Assembly (NCBI GenBank): GCA_964304625.1
Contig: OZ199838.1
Span: 11,557,608 to 11,621,607 of the forward strand
Source: Kudoa neothunni
Taxonomy: Eukaryota; Animalia; Cnidaria
Direction: 5' to 3'
DNA: 64,000 nt
The notes beneath the pieces were generated by a model. That model was not told where the DNA came from. It searched no databases and saw only the letters and a list, made by a program, of their open reading frames with translations. The position numbers and the translations under genes were made by a program. Below, in pieces: positions 1-10,988 of the stretch (position 1 is its first letter; each line of letters begins with the position of its first letter).

Positions 1-1201
1 GTAGACTTGTGCATGATTGCGAATCAGATAATTCAAAACTTTTAAGCTGTTTAAATAATCAAAGTGAACAATCTCCTGACAAAGACACTCTACTCTCAAT
101 TTATATTAATTTTCCTAAACTAAATATCTTGATGGACAAAACTGTTATGAATATGATTTATTCGTTACCAGGTACGACTTTATGTGGGGTTTTAGTTTTT
201 TGGATAATGCAGACTGGAATTATTAGACAATTACAAACAATCTCCCCTGAACACGTTGATAATGACCTCATACCTTAATATACCCGAGGAAAATTTGAAC
301 CAACTGATGACTAACAAACAACCATTTTCACTCACCACAGTCACCTCTCATATTTCCAATAATGCTTTTTATAAAGATCAGACATATAAAAGTATTGACT
401 GTGTTTTTTGTTTAATTTGGCTCATATGATTTTAAGAATGGGTAGCCACATTCTATTCATTACAGCTGGAAAAACTTATCGAGTCCACATCAACTTGCAC
501 AGTATTGTGACTGTTGTTGGCATTCATTAAATTTATTTCCTGTTGCAATGATAGGATAAAATAAAGTGCTTGGAATTTGAATCAGATAATGAAAGTTTCC
601 ATGGTAAAGGTATTTGGATTTTTGGAAAAAATCAATCCCCTACTCATAATCCATTACTCTTGCATATTGCTGGCAGCTCCAACTACGGATATCGCTCACA
701 AAATCGTGATTGCGAACTTAATTTCATGTTTTCTACCTCTTCAACGATACTAAAAAATCAGCTCTGTAAAGATAACAACAGAATATTACAACAGTGTAAT
801 AAACCTGATTTGTTATCACTTCAAAAGCGACATCTCAATATACCATATGTTGTTAGAATGTTTTTTCCATTAGTTAAGTACTTTTTGTAATTTGGGGCAT
901 GGATTGTTTCCATTGTGTATTGGTATTGACAGTAGTTCATTCGTTTGTTTCGTCTTTCCGTTCTCAACGCTCGCTGCTATTTTAATTTTGTTACCTAATA
1001 GGTTATAATACACACACTTCCTCATTTGGAAAACTTTGCGCAAATTTTTGATTTACTTATATATACTTCAAAATCTATGAGAAATTTCGGTTACGAAAAA
1101 TAATTGTGTAGCTTCCTAAATATTTAGGTTGTATTTTTATTCATATTTATATAATCTAATAATGTTTAAGTGGTTTTTTATTTAATCAAAAAAAAGTTAC
1201 A

Positions 1202-3358
1202 CCCTCTTATGTACAAACTGGGTCCATTGGACCCAGTAGAATAACTTGACAATTAACATTTTTATACAAATAAAAACCAATACAAACAATAAAAAAACAA
1301 AATATATTTAATGGAGAAATCTGAAAATCCAGATTTGACGGTAACAAAATAAAATATCCCTAAGTAATTGCACCTTTGTTTGTTTCGAGCCATGTTTAAA
1401 AATTATAAGTTGTTGCATACTTTACAATAATTTATAAAATTTTTAAGTATAATATTAATTTATTATAAATAAAATTATGGTTTTCTACGCTGAAATATCT
1501 AGGAATAGTTATTACCAAGGATAGTAACAAATTAATCTTTTATCGCCCTCGTGTAGCTGCTAATCCGTGGAGAATGTTAACCCTTGATGATGCAATAAAA
1601 ATGATTATGGAAAACTCAGAAGATACTAACGTGGATGAGAATTTTTCTTCTGATAAAGAAATAGACAACGTTATACAAGAACCAGTTTCAAGCTATTCGG
1701 AGAATATTTCTGATACTGAACAATCTCAAGAGGAAACTCGATTTTCAAGAGACAAATTTATTAAATGAAAGTCACAAATACCAACTAAGGTGGTTACAAC
1801 ACTTAACCACAATATTGCACCAAATTATAAATCTAGAATCCCAAACGAAGTTAGGGAAAAAATATTTTCACCATCGATTTCAGTCATAAGTTTTATTGGA
1901 GATGATATTATTTCAAAAATAATAATTACGACAAACACATTTATGGAAAAGAGAAACAATAAAATAAAAATTAACGATTCTGATGTTTGGAAATGGATAG
2001 GTGATAATTTATATTTTGGAATAATATATCGGAGATATAGAATTATCTCTGAAAATATTCGTTTCGATAACCGCGTAGAGCGTGACCCTCAGAGAAAAGA
2101 CACACCAATTATTTTTGTATGGGATTTATTTATAAATAATTGCCGAAATAACTACATACTATCAGAGCAATTAACAGTGGATGAACAGCTTTGCATAACA
2201 AGGGGTCGTGTGAATTTTAAAACTTATATACCGGGTAAACCCGGAAAATATGGCATCAAAATTTGGATTTTGGCGGATGCTAAAAATGCTTACTTGTGTA
2301 ATGCCCAAATTTATACAGGAAGATCATAAAATGGTCTGAAGGTAAATCAGGGGGAACGAGTTGTCAGAGAACTCGCAAACCTTTACCTAGATAAAGGTAG
2401 AACTATAACAACTGACAATTTTTTCACAAGTTTAAACCTGGCAAAATATTTAAGAGGCCGTAAGACAGCCCTAATTGGAACTGTGAGAAAGTCACGTAAA
2501 TTTTTACCTACGTGCTTTCAACAGAATAAAAAAGAAATTGGATCTCAGTTTCTTTTTCATGATAAAATCACTCTTGTTAAGTTTTGTGAAAAGCCAAATA
2601 AGTCTGTTTTGCTTCTCAGTTCTCTACACAATCACAATTACATTGAGGAAGATGGGAAGCCCGAAATAGTACATTACTATTACCAAACTAAGGCTGGCGT
2701 CGATGTTCTTGATCAACTTATTCAATTCTACATTGTAAGGAGAAGACCTCTAAGACATCCACTTACAATATTCTATAATATGGTTGACATTGCTGGTTAT
2801 AACTCAATGGTTGTATATTTGGAAAAATATATTGAATTTAAGTTAAAATACAAAAACCGTACAGGGCGGCAATATTTACAAAATTTAGTTGATGAAATTG
2901 TTGAAGCATATGATAACGATAATAGTGACCCTTCGCTTATCGAACCATCAAAAATCTATAGAAGAGTGAAAAAAGAAGATGCCGGTTGTGCTCCTACATA
3001 GCAGACATAAAAACTAAGACGATCTGTTCTAAATGCGGAAAAAACGTTTGTAAACGACATTATTCAGTTTTATGTAAGAATTGCCATTCATTGTTTATGT
3101 TTATTATAAAACTAAAAATTCACACTAGTATGTTTGTGCTGTCATCCATGTCAGTAATGGCGTCGTTTTATATCTTGTTTTTTACAGCTTTGCGATAAAT
3201 TATTAACATGATATTAGAAATAAACCAATAAGAAATTTTCTTTTATATTTATAGCATATTTATAATCAGTTGGATAGCGTTAAGTCCAGTTTTACCGACT
3301 GGGTCCATTGGACCCAGTTTGTGCAGTAGTGTGATTTTTTGGGGCGTACGTACGAGTG
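1202..3358 (+). mobile_element. piggyBac-family DNA transposon (defective, full-length ends)
   Basis: Terminal 13-mers CCCTCTTATGTAC (1202-1214) and the reverse complement of GTACGTACGAGTG (3346-3358) match 10/13. TTAA lies at 3359-3362; the left site is degenerate. The same 21-bp palindrome ACTGGGTCCATTGGACCCAGT occurs at 1217-1237 and 3298-3318, with a short left and long right spacer as in piggyBac. Encloses a transposase. Confidence 0.93.
1574..3198 (+). pseudogene. piggyBac (PGBD-like) transposase, disrupted
   Basis: ORFs 1574, 1790 and 2483 are in one frame, broken by TGA (1766-68) and TAA (2327-29). Motifs TVDEQL, KPGKYGIK, TTDNFF and GVDVLDQ give the DDD triad. The C-terminal Cys-rich domain (CSKCGKNVCKRH..C..C) is frameshifted near 2986. 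Confidence 0.93.
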
Positions 3359-3363
3359 TTAAT

Positions 3364-3780
3364 AGAGTTAGCAAAGATTCTAGATTCATTCACAGAAGAA
3401 TGCAATGTGGATACGGATATAGCCGAGTCACCATTCCCTTGTGAGATTGATAACTCTTTATAATTATTTATAGATATTAATTATACTAAATTAGGTGATA
3501 GTGCAAATGTCATAAAGGGCTTGTCTGGAAATAACCAGCCCAAAACATGTGTAGTCTCCATATCACCAATTAAACTAAAGGAAACTCCCGAATCATCGCA
3601 ACCCCAAAACGACCCAACTGATGGCAAGTCTACAGATTGCTTGGCAATAAAAGGTTTGTATTTTCGTTTATCGTAATAATTATTATTTAGATCTTATATT
3701 GCCCAAAAAAGTAAAAGCAGTTGGAAGACCCAGAGGATAGAGATTAACCGCTCTTAAATGATCAAGAAAACGATCTAAAA
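3364..3780 (+). pseudogene. Spliced coding remnant with AT-hook-like PKKVKAVGRPRG, probably the C-terminus of a MULE/SWIM-type transposase
   Basis: Exon-like segments separated by a short GT-AG intron near 3654-3690; in-frame stops follow GRPRG. Confidence 0.35.
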
Positions 3781-4490
3781 ATTGAAAATTTATCTAAATA
3801 AATAAAACAATATGATAAAATTCAAATTATCTATTCTATAATGAATATGTTTATTACATATCAAAGCTTATTCTATACGCAATCCAATTACATGATATTA
3901 TCAACTAAAACTTTTCTTCTATAATTAAAAGGTACTTCTTTTATTTCAAAAACGTTAATATTATCATACTTAAATGTTTAAATGCGCCTTGGAAGCTTAT
4001 ATGGTCGCATTAAGGATGGAAAATACTAAAATCTAAGGTCCTAGGTATAATATAAATATTCAATATTTTTATCATAAATTTCAAATTTGGGATGAAAAAA
4101 TGTTTTAATTAATACTAGAAATTAACTAATGAAAAATATCTAATGATTGCCGAGAAATTCATTAGCGTGTCAGTAGCCATTGCCTAATTATTTAATACAT
4201 TAGAAATTATTATTTGATATCTTTTAGGCTGCATTGGAAAAATTAATTTGTTAACGCTTTTCGCAATCCTTTCGCAGTGGTACATTAAAAAATGTGTACA
4301 TATGTTGATTGAGAGATAAGATTTTGATGTCTCAAAGTACTGATTCATTTAATTAACTATTGGAGCAATACTAAATATTCCCTAAAATAAATAGTATTAC
4401 CATTATTTTGCTAAAGCATAAAATTTTATCTCGATATTGCCTTAAAAAACAATGAACCTTGGAAAAACTTATGATCCCATTAAAAGTTAT

Positions 4491-5036
4491 GGTTAAAATG
4501 TAGAATAGTGGCCACATTTTCCGATTAAAGATTATAATTGGTTCGTAGATTAATCCTGAATTTTTTATAATGAATTAGCATAAAATATATTGAAAATTTA
4601 ATGGTAGGAATGAGTGGATTAATTATAATAAATTATTTTTGATGTTAACGTTATGCATTTGATACAATTTAACACCTAATGCTTGCAGACAATATTAATT
4701 TCTTAGTCTAATAGACATAGAATTAATAACAGGTAATTGCTAATGATGAAATATGACAATCAATAAAAAATCATAGTTGTCACACTCAAATTTTAGGATA
4801 AACAAAGCATGCTTTACTCCATCGATTAAATGGTATGGCCTGTGGAAATAACTACGAGGGGCTAGCAGTTATTTAAAGAATATATTACAAATACTATTAT
4901 CAATAACAAATACAGTGCTGAAAATAACCTACTGGTGGTGAAACAATGATAAATACAAAAAATTTGAATAATCAACAGGTTCGATTTTTATCGTGGTCGC
5001 TGATTTGGATTACGGCCACTATTCTACATTTTAACC
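4491..5036. mobile_element. Non-autonomous element (MITE), Merlin-type ends
   Basis: Perfect 23-bp TIR GGTTAAAATGTAGAATAGTGGCC (4491-4513 and 5014-5036) with an exact 8-bp TSD AAAGTTAT (4483-4490 and 5037-5044). GG termini with an 8-bp TSD are typical of Merlin. Confidence 0.85.
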
Positions 5037-5238
5037 AAAGTTATTATTAATTTACCACACCGATTTGAGCTAGATAATAAAAGATTGGTTTAGATTAATT
5101 TTTTAATAACTTGAATAATTATAGTCTAGTCTAAATTTTTCTATCTGGCAATGAATGAACCACTATATCCAGAAATAAGTGAAATTCGGGTCAATTGTAT
5201 TCCGAATCATCAATTGCTAGTTCATTTAATTGTCACCC

Positions 5239-8200
5239 ATGAAAATAGCTGGATTTCTCTACCTTGTTTTAGGTATAATATTGAGTAAATTTTAATATTA
5301 ATGCAAGTTTAGGTGTTTTAATACCAAGCTCAGCCAATGCCGCTGTAAGTCCAAATTCTCAAGCTCCAGCTCCAGCTAAACCTGCAGATGCATCTCCGAT
5401 GAAGACGCTGAAATACAAGATTGTGAAGGATACAACTGATAGCACAAACAAAATTAAAATCAATCTTGAAGGATCAGAATACCGAACTGGCCAAAAGTGT
5501 CGTATTATGCGATCCAACGAAGCAGAAATCGCAACGAATACTGGTTCAGAAGTAACAGCAGCTACGTTTGCAGACATCGACAACTGCACTCAAAATGACG
5601 GTACTGTTTCTGGTAAATGTATTGTCGATTGTGGCACCGACAGGAATACTATTAATTACAACAAGTTGTCACCAAGAACTAAATATATATACGTCTACGT
5701 CGGTACTAACACAGATGCTGTTAAAGATGATGATCAAAAATCAGGAGGAAAAGTATTCGGATATTCAATACGTAAATAAATTTAATTTAATTTAATATAA
5801 ATATTAATTTAATTTAGCATTATTGGCTAATCCACAAATTAGTGTGACTACGATCACAGAAGTTACTAATAAAAATAAGCTGAAATTCGTAGCAAAAACA
5901 TGCGCACCTGTAAATTGTCCTATTTATTATAAGGATATTAAATATGTTGACGGTACCAAAGGGAGCACTTGTATTGCCGACAACTCTAATAATATAGTTG
6001 ATTTTGATTTATTGTTACCCCATTACGAAATGAGGTGCGAAAATTATCCCGGTTTCTTTTACAATATGCCCAACCAATATATGAAAAAAAACATAGATAT
6101 TTATAAGCCCCAGTTCTATATTATTGCCAAAACTGAAGATAAAGTGGGAATTAAATTCACGAATTCTCCATCTTCTGAAATCTGTCTTTTCAGCCTTAAA
6201 GATGGTCAGGAATCAGGGACGAATCCATCATATACGTCTGTTTGTGGTGGTACTGATAAAAATTGTTATGCTCCTTGTAAGTACGTCGAACTCAATGGCC
6301 TTAGGGGTAAAAAGATTTATAAAATTTTAATCCAAACAAGGCATAACGACATAAAAATTACGTCTGGTAATTTGGATGGTTACGAACAAACTAAAATTGG
6401 TAATACAAATATTCAAGTGCATCTTTTATTATTTTCTTTAGCGATTACTGAACCAGATGGAGGATTACTGTCAGAATACACGCATCAGGGAGTGTCTTTA
6501 GATAGTACCCTATTTAAAATGGAAGCTGAACCAAAAATTGATAAATGTACCCTTAAACACTATTTTGCCGATCAAATCAAACCAGACAGTCTAACTACAA
6601 CAACATGTGATAGTTCCAGTACAGTTGGCAGCAATTGTAAAACAGATTGCTCCCAAAAATTGGTGATTCAAAATCTAATAGCGGGAAAAGCATACATGAT
6701 TGAGATCACATTTGCAAAAAGTACTACTGAGAAGAGTTTCAAAGAACATATATTGATAAGAACATGTAATTCATTATAAAAATTATAAAAATTAATGAAT
6801 TATATAGTGAAGGAAGGAAACAAAGAATATGGAGCTATTGATCCTACAAAGACAGACACGACAGTCTCTCTTACAGCTATTGCTACTGCCGCAACTTCAC
6901 CTGAAAATAAGAAAGATATACCTACCTGTGAGTATTTGGTGAGTCCGACTGGATTGGAAAGTTTTTACCATGCGAAATGCAATGGCAACACCCCTTGTAG
7001 AGGATTTTGCAGTGAACAAATTACGATAGAAGACCTTGAGCCAAACAAACCTTATGACATCAGAGTAATTGCACATCAAGATTACGCCATAAAAGATTAC
7101 AAAAATATACAAACAGGTTATTGAAGTTATAATTTACTCGTTAAATTTTTAATAGCATTAACGACATTATCGATAACACACAGGATCACCTTGGGTGGTT
7201 TGTCGTTGAAGGCCAAATTAAATGCTGTGGATCCAAATGCAATATGCAGTTATATCGTAAAAAAGAAGACTGGTAACGATTACACAGATTATTACTCATG
7301 TCCAGTGGTGCCGAAAGTAACGACACCTGTTGCCACCCCAATAGCACCAAATGCCGTTCCAGCTGTTCCCACCAAGTTAAGTTCTGCAGATCTCAACATA
7401 GTTAGAATTTCTGTACCAATGTTAGCAGATAGTGCTCTAATGTCAGCAGCGAAATCTTTAGTTCCAAATAATTCAGAAACACAGCTTGCTGATGTCGCGA
7501 ACAGCGCAAACACATGTTCTTCAAATCCCCTTTGCAGTTCCATAACATTTCCCGAGTATGAAGCAGCAAATACATACAAAATTTTAGTCACAGCTATCGG
7601 AAAATCTTCACAACAAGAGCATATCATAGAATCAAGTATTACAATTAATGCTTCAGTTAATGTCACTATTACGAATTTATTAAACGAAACTTTCATTAGG
7701 TACACCAAAAGTAAACCCAACTGACTCCTCAAAATTGATATCAGTCGTCATTACACGTGATGGGAGTAGTTTCATTGTAACCACGACATATCCAGCCAGT
7801 ATGAACGATAAATCAAAATGCAAATGGGAGTTACGTAACAGCAGTGTCAAATCTAATGCGATAGTAAAATCTTGCATGGGGAGAGGCGTTGACGGATGTA
7901 CTGCTTTTGAGACATGTAAAGAATTCAAAATAAATGGTTTAACTGATGGAAATAACTATTATTTGACTGTTTACAGTGCTCATGATAATAATATTTTCGG
8001 CGGTGCGGACATACAACAAGGTATATTCTTTGTTCACAATGTAATTTAATATTATGTATCGTAGGAGCAAAGAGTAGTTCAAGGTGAGCTTAGTAAATGC
8101 TTTTAATTAATGTAATATTTTTTAGGGATAAAACAAAACTTATGTAAATATTTTTAGATGCTGATATTTGAACTAATTGTTTTAGAATCATTATTGCATG

Positions 8201-8264
8201 CGTTGCTGTGGTTGTGGTTGTTGCGATAGTTGGAATCGTGGTATTGAAGAAAAAAAGAGATTAA
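5239..8264 (+). CDS. Gene A: type I membrane protein with tandem Cys-rich FN3-like modules (~874 aa, 10 exons)
   Basis: Exons 5239-5272, 5313-5771, 5818-6399, 6442-6765, 6808-7116, 7156-7635, 7700-8020, 8065-8083, 8126-8143 and 8186-8264 are all GT-AG and sum to 2625 nt in frame. Signal peptide MKIAGFLYLVLGVLIPSSANA. Modules end in an FN3-like L-x-P-x-x-x-Y motif (e.g. DLEPNKPYDIRV). TM IIIIACVAVVVVVAIVGIVVL followed by KKKRD*. Confidence 0.88.
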
Positions 8265-8340
8265 ATTAATTTCCGTTAACTATAGTTATTAGATAGTATT
8301 TATTAATAAAATTTTTCCATCGCGTAACATTATTTGATAC

Positions 8341-8627
8341 TAGCGCTAATGCCCAGCTTGGCCTGGCATTGTGATATGGAAAAGTTTAACTTTTAGTTTT
8401 ATTTTTGAATGAAAAGATTCTGCGGTGAAGTTAATTTAATAGTATGCTGAACCCTTTAAGTTTAATTTCTCTACTTTTATTTATGCATTTTAAACCTTGG
8501 AATTATTATTTTTGCACTGTGATGATCTAGAAAAATAAAATTGTGCATGCAATTCCCGTTCAAATATAAGACTAAAAGTTAAAATTTTCCATCACACTGT
8601 ACTAGTCAAAACTGGGCATTAGCGCTA
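8341..8627. mobile_element. MITE with ~70-bp imperfect terminal inverted repeats
   Basis: TAGCGCTAATGCCCAG... at 8341 pairs with ...CTGGGCATTAGCGCTA at 8627, and pairing continues inward (ATGGAAAAGTTTAACTTTTAGT / ACTAAAAGTTAAAATTTTCCAT). No clear TSD. Confidence 0.75.
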
Positions 8628-8644
8628 TTTACTTACAAATCAAA

Positions 8645-8722
8645 AAGGCTTTAGTCTGCGCCAGGTGTTGGCCTACTTGGCTGGACAAGGAAGCATTCGC
8701 GAAGCGGGGCTTTTGCGCTAAT
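8645..8722 (+). repeat. Dispersed repeat, probable Helitron 3' end (copy 1)
   Basis: CTACTTGGC.GGA..AGGAA.C...CG.GAAGCGG.GCTTTT is shared with 41716-41790. A GC-rich hairpin is followed about 10 nt later by a degenerate CTAG-like terminus. Confidence 0.45.
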
Positions 8723-9073
8723 ATTATATATCTTTATAACAAAATTAATGAAGCATAAATCTCCTTTTTGTTAAAAGTACGAACGGGTGGTCAGTACGAA
8801 AAACTGGTCACCCACTGTACAAAAAGTTATGTGAGTTTTAAAAATTATTCAATAACGGCTTTAAGATTTATTCAATTAATTAAAAAATGATTTAATTTTA
8901 AAGGATTAACCGATATGGACAAAATTTAACATAAGATACTATTTATTAATTTGCCATTAAAACATTTATTTAAGACAAATAAATCGAGTGTGTCAATCTA
9001 ATATATTAAGGTAATGTTCATAGAATATTAATTTCTTTGTTGTATAACCACTTAAAAAAATTATGATTAAAAA

Positions 9074-10984
9074 CAGCCATGTTTGGATAATGCGTGGATT
9101 TTCGGGACCAGCAAAAAACCCCGCAATCAAAGTTATTACGCAAAATCCAGATTCATGCGTGCGTGGTATGATACAAATAACGATTTTCGTGTTTATGTTC
9201 GATGATTATTCTTACAAGCAAACTTTGCTATAAAACAGATAAAATTGAGTATAATTAAGGAGGTGTTATTATATTTTGAAAAAAAACTTGCGATTGATAT
9301 TTTTAAATTCTGTCCGTTATGGGATGTGAATCAAACAATCCAGATAGAGCTTTTGGAGTGAAAGCTTTCATTTTAGCATTCATGATATTTTTATTTGTTC
9401 GATTAAAATTTTGACTTCTTTAATAATTGGTTCGATAACATCAGATTAACCATTTATAGATATTGAGTCCTTATGATTTTGACCCTCACATGTTGCCTCA
9501 TTATCATCGTCAAAAATATTTTCGCCATCTTCGATTTCTTTTAAAAAAATTAATTATGTACATATAAAGTTTTATTTTAAAATCTGTTTCTGATTTGGGA
9601 TATCATTCTTAAATCTTCTTGTTCTATACACCGCTTATAACTTTATAATTGCAGTTTTATTTACTACTATCAAATATTTTTAATTAACAATACAATTAAT
9701 AATAATTTTTGGCGTAATGTTCCCTCAAAATTTAGTTAACGGCAAGATTGAGTTTAGTAATGTTTATTTTTCGATAATAGAATCTCCACATAAAATCATG
9801 TGTTTGGTCATTGTGCTCCTGAACCTACTTTAATGCATTTAATGAGGCCTAAATTCAGGGTTATAGAATATTAGTTGTATTTTTGTGAAAAAACATATAT
9901 TTTTAAAAAAATCAATATTTTGGGATGAAGAGGATATTGATTCAACAAAATTAAAATTTTCCTGTTCTACTCTATCATTCTTTGGTTCAACATGTTCATT
10001 ATGCTTATAAAGATACTATACATCAACCATGTGTTTTTTTGAATCATATTCTTGCGGTAGATGTTTGACTCAGTCAAAATGTCTAGGATTTTGAAATTTA
10101 CCAATTAAAACTGATTGGAGTTTACCCCCATTTAAAGAAGTGTGGCAGTAAAGCAGTCACTCTTTTTTGGATACTTTTCCAAGTATATTCCGACTCCATC
10201 CTTTATAACATAAATATCTTTTTGTAACTCTCAATAAAAAATAGCAGTTTCATCAATGATTATAAAATATTTAGTATTATACATCTTTACCTAATTAGTG
10301 TTTTCAAAAGTCCATGAGTCAAGAGACGAAATATCTACATTCGCAGCCTCACCATAAAACATTTTGAAAGCTATCACATATTTTGAAGTGGACTGTGAAA
10401 GCCACTTTTAACTAGACTTTAAATTGGAAATTTCATTCTTATGTTCAATATATTAAGTCTTTTCGATAATAGCATCTCTCGGAAAAATGTTATCATTCGA
10501 CCATTGTTTAACCAACCAATCAAACAACTCACCATTTATAGTTTTAAATCTGCCCCAAAAATGTCTCTACCTTTTAATATCGATATCCGTATTGTTGAAT
10601 TTATCTGTTTTTGAAAGAATCCTATCAACATTTAAATGACCATTAGCGTAACTTTATATCAATATTCAACATAGATCATCACAATACTCAATTTAAACTT
10701 ATGAATAATCATTTTTTCAAATTATAATTATTAATTATTTCTCTTTTCTCTTATCTACTACGTTTTGAACGGGACATAATGAAGAAAACACTCTTATATT
10801 TAAATAGATTGGCTACAAAAATGACGCAATAACGAGACCTTATGTAAAAATAAAAATTCTTTACATTTTTAATGTTAGGTATTTTTAAAAAATGATAAAA
10901 TAATAATAAGAACACAAAACTAGGTTTCCTTGTAGAAAGAAAAAATTTGAAATTTTGGAATTACGCAATATCCAATCTCGACTG
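9074..10984 (-). mobile_element. pogo/Tigger-type transposon remnant
   Basis: Imperfect TIRs CAGCCATGTTTGGATAATGCGT (9074) and CAGTCGAGATTGGATATTGCGT (reverse complement, ending 10984), with TA at 10985-86. Minus-strand decayed CENP-B HTH/DDE peptides (ELFDWLVKQ, KWLS...FYGEAANVD, DET). Confidence 0.8.
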
Positions 10985-10988
10985 TATT

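Noticed and set aside
9-890. ORFs 9-278 and 570-890 as genes, or as a Ty3/gypsy integrase remnant
   Set aside because: Only vague resemblance (RVHI.., KCLE..), with many stops and no diagnostic motif.
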